A DNA stretch of 64,000 nt. It comes from the human T2T-CHM13v2.0 reference genome, Homo sapiens. The stretch lies in NCBI RefSeq assembly GCF_009914755.1, contig NC_060927.1, one strand, 5' to 3'. Under the pieces are notes generated by a model. It ran no database searches, was not told where the DNA came from, and saw only the letters and a program-made list of their open reading frames with translations. Within the stretch, counting starts at the first letter, position 1, and every line of letters begins with the position of its first letter. Shown one piece after another: positions 13,162 to 25,486 of the stretch. The position numbers were made by a program, and so were the translations under genes.

Positions 13162-13215
13162 AAGGCAAGCAGAGAAGGAGCCCCAAGGCAAGCAGAGAAG
13201 GAGCCCCAAGGCAAG
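13162..13215. repeat. 23-bp tandem duplication (AAGGCAAGCAGAGAAGGAGCCCC x2.3)
   Basis: Exact tandem copies. Confidence 0.9.
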
Positions 13216-13935
13216 AAATGCATTTTCTTGCATCTGGGGAAGTTCCTCCGCCACTTCTGAAAAGCTATAATGCTTGCTGCATTTCTTAGATGCAGAAGGC
13301 CTGTGTCCCCTACACTGCTAAGAGTCAAGAAAAGCTCCTGACTTCTGTGTCAGAAGTTTTCACATTGAACATTCAAAGTGCCAGCAGGGAGACCCCAGAG
13401 GCCCCTCATTCACAGGTCACACACTCAGTTTTCACACAGTTCTATCAGTCAAGTTATATGGTTGTATGAACGTATGAAGAAACACAGATGCACGCATTCT
13501 AAATAAAATAGTAGCTCATGTTGTATTTTTAAAAAACAATGCACCATGATGATTAAGGATTGGCCCAGGAGTGCAAGGGTGGTTCCACATTGAAAGAATT
13601 CTCAGTGGATTCTCCACATAAAAGGTTCTAACAATCTGAAGACAGAAAGACCATGTGCTTTCCTCCACGGACACAGAAAAAGTCATTTGAAAAATTTAAC
13701 ACATATTTATAACTTACAAAAAAACCCCTCTTACTTAAACTAGAAATAGATGGAAAACCCTTAACTTTACAAAAGTTGGATATACCCCAAACTTACAACA
13801 AACATCATACAACACTAAAGAACAGGCAGAAAAGAACCTATCCCACCAGAGACCAGGAATAAGGACACTTTGTGGAAGGAGGGCAGAGGAAATAATTGAG
13901 AGAACGCAAGGGGGCTGCTGGGTGCTGGTTTAGCC

Positions 13936-14185
13936 TTTTTTTTTTTTTTTGGGACAGGGTCTCACTCTGTCACCCAGGCTGCAGTGCAGTGTCACAGCTC
14001 ACTGCAGCCTTGACCTCCCAGGCTCAAGCGATCCTCTCACCTCAGCCTCCCAAGTCACCAGGACTACAAGCAGTTGCCACCACACCTGGCTAATTTTTAA
14101 AAAAATTTTTATAGAGACAGTCTTGCTATGTTGCCAGGGCTGGTCTCAAACTCCTGGGCTCAAGCAATCCTCGCACCTCAGCCTC
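13936..14185 (-). mobile_element. AluJ element
   Basis: Alu match. Confidence 0.85.
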
Positions 14186-14546
14186 TCTACATACTTATTC
14201 TACTTTTTAACCTGGGTGGTGATAACACAGGTATGCTCACTGTGTGACAATTCCTTCAGCTGGGCCTTCATAATTTGTGCATTTTTTTTGGAATGCATAT
14301 AATACTTCAATAAAACAATTTCCTTTTAAAAACAATAATGTTTTTTTATCCCAGCACAACCAACTAGAAAATATACTGAAGTAACATACATTTTCAGCAG
14401 CGAAAAAATGATAAAAGTTCATAGGAATTAACTTACCTAACACCACATAAGACTCCTGTGGTAATAAATTTAAAACTCTAATAAAGGACACAGAAAATGA
14501 TCAGCATAAATGGCAAGACAGTCCCTGCTCTTAAAACAACAGCTAA

Positions 14547-14893
<347 letters not shown>

Positions 14894-16809
14894 CTATAAA
14901 TTCATTTTGTAAGTTAGAATTTTTAAGAAACTTGATAAACTTATTCTGAAACTGAAACAGAAAAACAAAGGTCTATGAATAGTTCAGTCTTTGAAGAAGC
15001 ACAGCAAAGAAGGGTCATTTGTCCTAGCAGATATTAAGACACATGTGAAAGCCATAATAATAAAAACAATGTGGTACTGTCACAAGGACAGACAATGGAA
15101 AGTGACAATGGAAAAGAATAGAGAGCTTGAGATTGTTTCATGTGCTGCACAAACTTGATGTAAAGAAAGGAGCCACCACTATCAGTGGGTAAAAGAAGGA
15201 CTGTTGAGTACATGGTGTTGGGAAAACTCGCTCACTATAAGAGAAATAAGAAAACCAAAACTGGATTCTTTGCTAATAGCACTTGAAGATCTAAAGGTAA
15301 AAGGTAAAACTGTAAAATAAATAAATCATGTGACATGGGGTAGGAAAGGACTCCTTAAAACCTCAAACACAAACCATAAAGCATAAACTGATTAACGTGA
15401 TTATATCAAAATCGAGAGGTTTTGGCCCGGGAGCAAAGTTAACAGACAGAGGACAGATAGGGAGGAAATATTTGCAATATCTAAAATGAATACAAGACTT
15501 TATGCAAGAAACTTTAGGAAACCAACAAGAAAAAAAAAGATAATAGGCAAAGGATAGAGACAAGCAATTTATTAGAAGAGGAAACTCAAGAAGCCAACAA
15601 CATATTGAGACATGATCAAACTCATCAGTAATGAGAAAAATGAAAATTAAATCAATAAGTGATTTTTCAATCTATTAGATTGGCAAAAAACATAAACGCA
15701 GGATCACACTAAGGGTTGGTAGGTCTGTGGCAACCTATACACCTTCATGCACTGCTGAAGTAGGAGTTTAGAGAACTGACCAAATTAGAATATGGATAGT
15801 AGATAAAAGTACGGTATGAATGTAAACTTTTGAAGTTGTTAAGCACACTGTAGTTATGGAAGAGAATATTCTCAGAAAATACATACCAAAGTATTTAGCA
15901 ATAAAGAGCCATGCTGTATGTTACCCTCCACTGATTCTGAAAAAAATTATATATGTATGCGTGTTCCTTGTACTACTTGTATTTTTGCAGTGTTTTGTAA
16001 GTTTAAAATTATTTCCAAATTTTAAAAAGTCTTAATGAGGCTGAATTAAAAGGGATAACCGAAAGAGATACAGAGAACATACCATTTATGTAAATTAAAA
16101 ATACATGCACACAAGACAGCAATATGTATTTTTACAAGAGCACACACAAACAGAAAGATCCCCAAGAAAGATTAAGCGGGTGGAGAAGGGGAATGGGAGT
16201 GGAGCTTGGACAGAAGCAAGGATAACTAACTTAATCCATCAGTCATCCATTCTATAATGAATTAGGGTAGAGTTCTGGCAGGACCGATGAGAATAGAGGC
16301 CCATAAACTGAAGAACAGGAGTAACCCAACGCTCCATGCCTAAGGTGTAAGGAAAAAGACAGGAAACCCAGAAGAGCTGGGCTCTACTGACACTGCCACA
16401 AGGCCCAGGAAGTTCTATCTGCAACTGAATGGCTTAGAGCTCAAAAGGTTCTGTGTGCAAAAGGGTCTGAGATGAGGCCTGGGCTGAATTCCAAGAGGCT
16501 CAGCATTCTTATGGGAGGCCAAGATCCTCTTTCCTCTAGACTGTTAGGTCTATATGTTCTGGTAGCTGCAGGCTGTTCTTTAGAAAACAGACCCCTTAGA
16601 CCAAATGCCTGCTTCCTACAAACCCAGCACCACTGTCTATGTGACTCCCTTCAGACATACCCTCCCAAGAGCTTCAGCTTTTCCTGCAGCAGGGTCTCAC
16701 CCTACCTACCTGGATTGGTTGTGTCCTCTTTATAACCTGGAGGAGAAAAGAGGGACAGAGATGAAGCAAGCATTCACGACAGGATGACAGCAAAGAGGTG
16801 CATTTTTAA

Positions 16810-17800
16810 ATTAGTTCATTCATTCATTCACCAAATAGGTCCTAATCTCCCACTCTGTTCCCAGCCTGGAGCCAGAGGCTGGGGAGACAGAGGTGTGTCA
16901 AATAGAGCCTACTCTCAAGGAATACAGTGTCCAGCAGGGTGGACAGAGGTAAATACACAACCACCTGCATGAGATCAGTGCAGGGACAGGGTGGCAGGCT
17001 TCAGGGGAGCCCAGAAGAAGTGGTGGACAGAAAAGACCACTTCAGTGGGAGGAGGGCTTACTGTGCCAGGTGTTAAAGATGAGAAGGTAAACAGAAATGA
17101 AAAGTGATCATCACATTCCTTGCAGGAGAAACATCGTCGTGTATGCCAGACTGCAGAGGATGAAGGGCAAGACCTGTGATGGCAAGAGATGAGCCAGGGG
17201 AGGAGAGTCAGGCATCAGTCATGAAGGCCTCGAAAGCCTGGCCAAGAAGCCAGGGTGAGACCCTCTGGGAAAAGGGAGATCAACAGAGGTATGACTGAGC
17301 CAGGCTTGCATAGGCAGCCCAGATATTAGACAGGAAGATGACAAGACTGAGGCACTGAGATCCCACCAGAGGCTCTGCAGAACCAAGGCAAGAAATGAGG
17401 AGGTCCGAATGAGGAAGTGGCTGTGAGAACAGACACGGTGAGCTGTCTGGGGGACTTAGGCACATGGGTGGGTCTAGGATCACACCGCAGTTTCTGATTT
17501 TGGAGAAAAGTGGCTGCCATCCACTTAGTTAGGAAACAATGAGAGAAGTCAGTTGGCAAGAAGAAGAAGACCTCAGCATTGACCCCAAGGGGTTGAGATG
17601 TTCCTAGGTCTTTCAGGTAGAGATGTCCAGGAGGCAGCTGCACATCCAGACATGTTTTATGAGGCACCATCACATAAATGGCAGCTCAAGTGAGTTCACC
17701 CAGGGAGCAGTTAAGAGGGGAGGAGCAGGAAAAAGAGAGCAGCTTAGGGGACACCAACACGTCTGGGATGAACAGAGCACGGTGGCATGGGACAGACACA
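16810..17800 (-). mobile_element. Decayed L2 (LINE-2) fragment
   Basis: ttcattcattcattca terminus followed by purine-rich L2-like sequence. Confidence 0.55.
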
Positions 17801-18519
17801 GAGGAGAGGGGGAGTTACCCTTGAGGTAGAGGAGAATCAGGAGACCACAGAAAATGAAAGAGGAGGGGGTGGTACAAAGGTCAGGGATGATCAGGGTGGA
17901 GAGAGCCCAGGAAGGAACTAAGGGTTAAGTGGAGAGCGAGGAGGCACTGGCAGGAAGCATGGAGTGAAGACATTTGGGAGGTCTCGCAGTGAAGGGGCAA
18001 GAGATGGGGGAGAAAAATCAGCAAAGCAAAAACAAGAGGATACCTATGAGAGAGGATGGTGGAGGGAGTGTCGCACAGGGAGAGCCCACACAGCAGGGCA
18101 CAGGTGAGCCGCTGGCCCTGCACCAGAAGCAGGCCTCTCTGACTCCTAAAGAAGTAGGTGAGGGTGGTGTTGAGCAGTCCAGTTTGGAGGGGCCCCTGTG
18201 GGTTTGGGGATTGGGTTCAGGAAGACAGCACCCAAAGCCTGTGTTTTCTGAGGGAATGATGGGCTGCTAGGGAGGCAAGCTGGGTTGGAATAGAGGATCT
18301 GGGAAGAAGGTGAATTTTAGAATATTCCTGTAGTGGATGGGGACCAAGAATTTTCCTGGGCCAAAGAGCATGTCCAAGTGGGGTCTCCAGTGGGGCTCAG
18401 CTCCATGAGAAGATCAGAGCGGGGGGTGGAGGGGGAGCCTATGAGAGGCCTGAGGGCGGCTCGGGTGGTAGGGACATTAGCCACGGTGTCCAGACTGGCA
18501 GCGAAAGGGGTTCCCGCAC

Positions 18520-18612
18520 CGCTGGTTCAGGGCGCTGTAGGACAGGTGTGCCCTGACGGAGGAGGCCAGAGAGGGCAGGAGTTTAAGATCCTGGAATCGC
18601 CCTGGCGAGGTC
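18520..18612 (-). pseudogene. Candidate PRSS45 exon 2 (93 nt, symmetric phase 1) with in-frame TGA at 18527-18529
   Basis: Acceptor gcgcccag, donor G|gtgcgg; GPRQGDSRIL resembles the start of PRSS43P exon 2 (EPYRPEEDSRM). Confidence 0.5.
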
Positions 18613-18798
18613 CTGGGCGCGAGTAGTAGAGGAGAGCTGACCGCGGGGTGCGTGGGCCGCAAAAATCCCCGACCCAGGAGTAGGCAGCCACACCCCGGGC
18701 CAGTCCCCCGCCTCCAAGGCCAGGCACGGAGCCGGAGGCGGAGCAGGGCTGGGGCCGGGGAGAGGGAAGGTAGAGCTGCGGAGGAGCGCCCACCTCAC

Positions 18799-18976
18799 CC
18801 GAGCTCAGCGGCAGCAGAAAAAGCAGCGGCAGCAGGACGCGGCGGCTCAGGACCGAGGGCCTGGAGGTTCCGGGCCCCACGCCCGGCCATGAGGCTGGAG
18901 GGTCGAGGCCATGAGGCTGGGGGCCATCATAAGGCCATGAGGCTGGGGGATCGAGGCTCGACCGTGAGACGGCCAT
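18799..18976 (-). CDS. Candidate PRSS45 exon 1 encoding an N-terminal extension and hydrophobic signal segment (..RRVLLPLLFLLPLSS)
   Basis: ATG in ctcATGG; donor G|gtgagg in phase 1, matching the phase-1 acceptor at 12875. Confidence 0.6.
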
Positions 18977-19802
18977 GAGGCTGGGGAGGTGCCACCTGGC
19001 GGCTGCGGAGACGGTTCCCGAGAGCCCGGCATGTGCCTGGCGTCTGCACACGTGACCGCACTGTAGCACGTGATGGCGCCGGGAACTCCCGACAGCTCCC
19101 CGCAAAACTGGCGCATTTCCCTCACCTCTATCTCCTGCCTGTTCTTGAGGACGACCTGGGAGTCCTGAGTCTGTGATTGCTCCCAGGGTGGCGGGCCCCA
19201 TGAAAGCACCCCCAAGGGTTTTAAGTTGGTGACAATGCCCAGAGAACCTGGCCGATGAAGGTGCACCGCATCCCTGGACTACTAATGGCATCCTGTTGCC
19301 CAGCCTCTGACTACACCCTTGGTTCCCTGGTCCCAGCGCACTGGAGAGTTTCACAATTACTCTTGGTTTGAGAATCTGGAAAGATGGAGAAAGCACAAAA
19401 AAAGGAAAAGAACTGTAAGGCTATGGAATCAGAGAAGATGTCTTTGAAAAAGTGATATTTGAGCTGGATCTAAGACTACTGTAAAACAAGGACTCTTGGG
19501 GGAGACCAGACAAAGGAAAGACATGTGTCCTCTTCCACAGACAACCAGTAAGATCGTGGCAGCTAAAAGGAATGGTGGCTTGTGCCAGGCCTTGGGCTTC
19601 CACAGGGATTTTTTGCAGAAGGATGCTGTCTTTGGATCTGCTAGGCATGGCAGAGATTGGGAAGTGATCAGCTGGACTTGGAGCCACATTCCCTCCCCAG
19701 CCTGGCACCTAAGTGGGTCCACATGAATAGAGGTGATGTGTGCCACTTCCATGCCAAGGCAGTCAACAGGAGGTTGCCTTTTCTATTCTTGTTAATGCAG
19801 AG

Positions 19803-20345
19803 CATTGCTTCTCAAAGTGAGGTCTCCAGACCAGCAGTATTAGCATGAGCCAGGAACTTAGAAATGTACATTCTTTAGGTCTTTCAGGTAAATGTACATT
19901 CTTGTTAGAAACGTACATTCTTTTAAGGTCTTTCTACCTGAAAGACAGAGAATGTAGGCCCCGTCCCAGACCTACAGGATTGAAAACTCCAGGGGTGGAA
20001 CCAGGAACCAGCAATCTGTAATTTTGTTTTAAGAGATGAGGTTTCCTCCAGTCCCCCAGGCTGGAGGGCAGTGGCATGATCATATATCTCTGCAGCCTCA
20101 AACTCCTGGGCTCAAGACTTCTTCCTGCTCAGCCTCCAGAGTAGCTGGGACTACAGGCACAGGCCACCATGCCCAGCTAATTTTTTTTAAGAGACATGCT
20201 ACATGCTCCTGGCCTCAAGGGATCCTCCTGCCTCAGTCTCCCAAGTAGCTGGGATTATAGGGATAAGCCACTGTGCAGGCCAGTAATCTGTATTTCACAA
20301 GCCTTAGGGGATTCTGATGCAGGTAAAGCATTAACTACAGGACTG
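19803..20345. mobile_element. MER5A-like hAT element interrupted by an AluJ (about 20025-20282, minus)
   Basis: ttctcaaagtgaggtctccagaccagcag ... gggattctgatgcag motifs flanking an Alu. Confidence 0.65.
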
Positions 20346-21140
20346 AGAGCAAGCCACGAGATGGAGAAAGCTACCTGCTGACCAAGAACGCTGTAATGGG
20401 ATGTTCTAGGGAAAAAAAGTTAAATTTGTTTTATTAATCTATGAATAAATCAGTGGTTTCTTAAAGCAGGTAGTGCTATATTCATTAAGAGACTGGGTTT
20501 GATGTAAGCTCTCAGTCTCTTGGCCTCAGCCTTCCTCAGGCAACAGAAGGGACTGATACAGACTGTCCACTGAAGCCCACCCATACCTGGGGGTTAAACA
20601 TTCAACCCTAGAAGGGCAAAGGGCAAGAGGCTGGGAGGGGGTTGATCAGTAGCTAGACAGAGAGACTCCAGGACACCAGACTTTGTAATGAGGGGAGAGA
20701 ACCTATGTATACTACAGTGAATCTCTCTTGCCCTTCTCCCGGTGGGAACGCCTATCTTTGGTAACCAAGTGGGAGGGAGCAGCAAGGAGAAGCAGTAGAT
20801 GAGGAGGAATGTTTCTCACACCCGAACTTCACTCCTGGGCCTACTTCCAGTGTCTCTTGATCCCCTATCCCTAACTGTAGAGACTGTTAAGCTCAACTAC
20901 AGAGCTCCCTGCAGAGATGCTGATGGCTATAACAGGCATACAGGGAACAAGACCCATTGGCTCAAATCATCCCTAGAGCTCATGTCTGAGGAAGCAGGGC
21001 CTCACCTGTCCTTCTACATTTTAATAAGAACCACAAATAGCTTCCTTAGTTAAATGGGAAGCCAGTTCTCTATAGAGTATGTTATATTCAACCAAACTCG
21101 CCAGTGAGCAGAGCTTCAGAAACAGGAGACTCTCCAAACA

Positions 21141-21146
21141 TTTATT
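21141..21146 (-). terminator. Candidate PRSS43P polyadenylation signal AATAAA
   Basis: tttatt on the plus strand, about 630 nt past the ancestral stop. Confidence 0.45.
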
Positions 21147-21770
21147 CAGTTGATTTATGAAAACTCCACACTTCATAACTGCCTCAACACAACTTGTGGT
21201 GTCCCTGAAAGTGGCCACTAGGGCACTGAGGAAGGGGGTGCCAAGAATGGGTTGCTCCAAAAGAACTAGTGTGGCAGAGGCTGTCCACTCACAGATGGAT
21301 CCACACTGGGCTGCAGGGGAACTTCTCCCAGCCCCAGACAACTGAGCCAGAGTGGAAGTCCCAGGCCTCACACGTCTGCAGGGACCTGGTAACGCCTCCT
21401 TCACTCTCTGTGAGCAATCACCCAGCTGGCTGGTTTCACAAAGTCTCAGGTGAGAGCCCTGAAACCAGAACCACATCTAACGCTTGCTTCACCGTTGATG
21501 ATGTCTCTTCTTTGATAGATGTTCCTCCAGATATTGACGAGTCACCGTGGCCCACCTGGCAGAGCAGCTGGCCCTCTAGACCAGAGCACCAGGCAGGGGC
21601 ACTTTCCAGGCCCCAGTCTCCCTGCCATGCTCTATTGTACGGATCTCCAGAGGGCCCGTGGATTCCAACTGGGATTTGCGGAAAGGGCATTGAGAAGGAG
21701 TGGGAAGTTGGTCAGAGGAGACACCTAAGTGTGAGACTCAGAAACAGCAGAAGAGTGGAATGGGGTCTGA

Positions 21771-22024
<254 letters not shown>

Positions 22025-22572
22025 TCACTGTAGGAAAGAAATAGGATCCACATCAGAGCAGGCTAATTGCACTGCAATGCGCTACAGAGCTAGGCACTCA
22101 GGGGGCTTCCCCAGGAACCCCTAAGACCCTCCTAGCCTTAGGTATCTGTCAATATGAGATCTGAGAATTGACAATTTCCAATAAACCAAAATCATGTACC
22201 TACTAAAAAGGCGTGTTCCAAAAAACGGAATATACCTAATGAAATCGTGCCTACTCTGAGACAATAATGAGTCAAGTGCTAACCTGAGTACACTGCCTGT
22301 CACACAGAAGGGTCTCAAAACATGGAGCATGTATTGTTGGTGGGACCTGCCTGATTCACCCCTCCTCCCACTCCAGGCTGTGTCAGTTGCTCTCTCCTGA
22401 AGGATCAGGTAGGCTGCCCAGGAGAGCCTTGGTGGCTTGTCCTCACATCCCATTACCATGAATAAGGGTAAACAGAGGGGCTAGGAGATAACCCAGGCCC
22501 TACTGGCTGGGAATGAGGAAGCTTTGAGGAGACAATTGCAATGCTGAGGCAGCAAGACGCCCATGAACTGAC

Positions 22573-22733
22573 CTGACAGGCATCCTTCCCTTGGTCATTA
22601 TAGCCACAGACGGTCCCCCTCGTGACCATTTTACTCTTGGATATATTCTTGTTCTTGAGCATCTCACAACATTTCTCATGACGCATAATGTTTAGCTCAG
22701 TCTCCTGAAGAACAAGTGGCATTGGTCCTGAAA
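22573..22733 (-). CDS. PRSS43P: PRSS43P exon 5 (LQETEL..VCGY..KDACQ)
   Basis: Acceptor tctttgcag; donor CAG|gtcagt; S1 Asp retained. Confidence 0.88.
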
Positions 22734-23494
22734 CTGCAAAGACACAATTTACAAGAGAGTGGATCTTCACAAAGGGATAGAACAGGAGCCCCCAGTGCCC
22801 ACTCTGAGTCCTGATTGGTGTGTTTAACACAACTGCCCAAATTAAAGGAAGTCAGGGCAGTGGACAATGTCACCACTTGACATAGAAGGAAACTCGAGCT
22901 TAATGTTGACATGGAGAAAGGAAAGGACAAGAAGCAAAATCAAGACAGTAAAAGGAAAAACAGATCAGGAGAGGGAGAGGCAAGGCCTTGTCAGCCTGAA
23001 AAATGGCAACCAAGTATCTGTCACTCTGAGTATCAGCAGAAATGACAGGCTGTCCTGTGCATCAGTAAAGCATCTTTACTTTCTAGAGCAGGATCACAGA
23101 CTCTTAGACAGGTAGTGCCTCTCCCTAAGGATAGGAGTCCCCACAGCCTCACTGGCAGGGTTGCTCTGGCTTGGCCTACACTGCTAGGGTGAAGAAGTTC
23201 AACCCATCAAGGCAGGTCCTTCTAGTGGGGGTTGGCTCCTATTGGCAGACAGCTCATCACCCTGAGCTGAAATTTACCCTGAAGAGAACCCACTACACTT
23301 GGCCCCCAAGCCCCAAGGTCCCAATATGACGACAGAAATTCATAACATAGTTGTTAAATTACTTCCTGGCAGCATCTTCTCCACCCTCCTCCCTCACCCA
23401 CCTGCTAGAAAATGGCCTCCCTGCCTCTCCCAATAGCTTGCAGGCCAAGCCCAGCCCACCAGACTGTCCCACCTCAGCATCCTGCCTGTCTCAC

Positions 23495-23757
23495 CACTCT
23501 CTGACACTTGGCCCCATCCAGTCACCCAGCACTCTGTCCCAGCTTCCACTTCAAAAAGCTTTTCGGGGAGGCACGCAGGCTGGATATGTGAGGAATAATT
23601 CACAGAGTAGGCGAGCAGAGCAAGGGCAATGTCGCTTGTCAAAGTGGCAAAATCAAAATTGCTAGGAAAAATGATGTCTCAAACTGGGATCACCAGTGCC
23701 TCTTTGGAACCAGCATGCAAGTCAGGGTCTCCCAGCTTCACCTTGTATTCCAAATTA
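23495..23757 (-). CDS. PRSS43P: PRSS43P exon 4 with nonsense codon (IPV*DII)
   Basis: Acceptor tctcaacag; donor G|gtgaga; DIALALL, QPACLP, CWVTGWG. Confidence 0.88.
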
Positions 23758-24126
23758 CTGTTGAGAGAAAAGATGGCCTTCACAGAGATCCTGGGGGGAC
23801 GTCTATGCTCCCCTTCCACACCTTCCAGGTGCTTCCAAGCCTGGTCCCATCTTCCTATGCCAGCCAGCAGCCACCTCCCTCCCTCCCAACCACATCCCCT
23901 CAGGACCCCTGACCACTTTAGCCAGTGGTCCCCAGATCGGCGGCGGCGGCAACACCCGGAAACTTGTTAGAAATGCAAATACTCAGGTCTCACCCAGACT
24001 GGATAAAAACTATGGGGCTGTCACCCCCTTTTACAGATGAGGAAGAGGAAGCTCAGGGAAGGGGACAGACTGGCTCCAGGTCCCACAGCCTGATCAGGGC
24101 CCAAGCTCTGAGCCCCAAACACTCAC

Positions 24127-24283
24127 CTAAAGACACAGTGGGCGGCAGTGAGCACCCAGCGCCTGTCGATGAGGGAGCCTCCGCAGTGGTGTATGTTGCT
24201 GGTCTGCAGGCTCACCTGCCAGGGCCACTTCTTGTTTGGGGCTGGCAATCCTCCAATCATCCTTGAAACACGGTGGCCACAGG
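24127..24283 (-). CDS. PRSS43P: PRSS43P exon 3 ([23 protein letters not shown])
   Basis: Acceptor ccaccag; donor AG|gtgagt. Confidence 0.9.
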
Positions 24284-24489
24284 CTGGTGGGCTCAGTAAA
24301 GAGAGGGGACTGGAAGTGAAGCCACTACCTTCCCACCACCCCACCAGGCTGCCCAGGGCGGAGGCGGGTTATCTATCCTCTCTCTCAAATCATCTAGGTC
24401 AGGGTCTGACCCTCAACCTCCCTGAGCCAGGCTGTGTCCCCTTTGACCTACCCCGCAGGCCAGGACAGATCTAGCACCAGAAACAATAC

Positions 24490-24714
24490 CCTGAGAAAAC
24501 TGCCTTCCAAGGTCAGAGATTCCGTCGGATTCCAAGGCTTCTCCCACTGTAGATGCTGAAGTAACCCAGGATCCTGGAGGCCCTGCGGTCGCTGGAGACC
24601 CTGGAGCTACAGAAGTTTCTGGAATTTTGGGGAATTTCGGGTGCACAGGAGACGTCCGGGCTTCTGGGCTTGCCGGGGTCATTCTGGAATCCTCCTCGGG
24701 TCGGTATGGCTCAC
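24490..24714 (-). CDS. PRSS43P: PRSS43P exon 2 (Pro/Ser/Thr-rich propeptide)
   Basis: Acceptor cttcaccag; weak donor G|gtattg; 225 nt, symmetric phase 1. Confidence 0.65.
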
Positions 24715-25090
24715 CTGGTGAAGACGGGGACCCGCGGCGAACAGGAGCTGGCCTGGCGGCGCCTCCTCCGCGTCTGCCTGTTCCCACAGCGCCCCCACTG
24801 CCACCCCACACCCAACGTGGGTGCAGCCCAGCCCCGCCCTGTCCACTCCCAGCCTCACTGAGCAGGGGTTGAAGGAACTGAAGCCAGATCAGGAGGTGGA
24901 GGCTCAGGCGTGTGCCTCCACGGCCCCTGCGGAGGCCGTCCTGGGACGCCATGGGCACCGTCAGCACGCCTCGTGGTGCCCCCTCGCGGCGGCTCCGCCC
25001 TGGTCGTGGTGTTGGCGGGACCCCAGTGTGCCGGCGGAGACCTGAGGCGGCTCTCGCGAGCCCCGGTCACTCAGCAAAAACTAATCCGGG
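24560..25090. promoter_or_regulatory. CpG island over the PRSS43P promoter and exons 1-2
   Basis: GC- and CpG-rich stretch. Confidence 0.75.
24859..24952 (-). CDS. PRSS43P: PRSS43P exon 1 (signal peptide)
   Basis: ATG at 24952 (cccATGG); donor A|gtgagg. Confidence 0.8.
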
Positions 25091-25093
25091 TAG

Positions 25094-25486
<393 letters not shown>

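Larger units (their letters stand above)
18450..19150. promoter_or_regulatory. CpG island; candidate PRSS45 promoter with two TCACGTG E-boxes (19049-19055, 19067-19073) and E2F-like sites
   Basis: High GC and CpG density; motifs lie 70-120 bp upstream of the ATG at 18976. Confidence 0.7.

Noticed and set aside
18527-19396. 289-aa minus-strand ORF as a novel single-exon gene
   Set aside because: GC-rich CpG-island frame. It is better explained as promoter + exon 1 + open 186-nt intron + exon 2 of PRSS45; no domain and no convincing start at 19396.
24413-24967. 184-aa ORF as a standalone gene
   Set aside because: It is PRSS43P exon 1, an open 144-nt intron and exon 2 read through.
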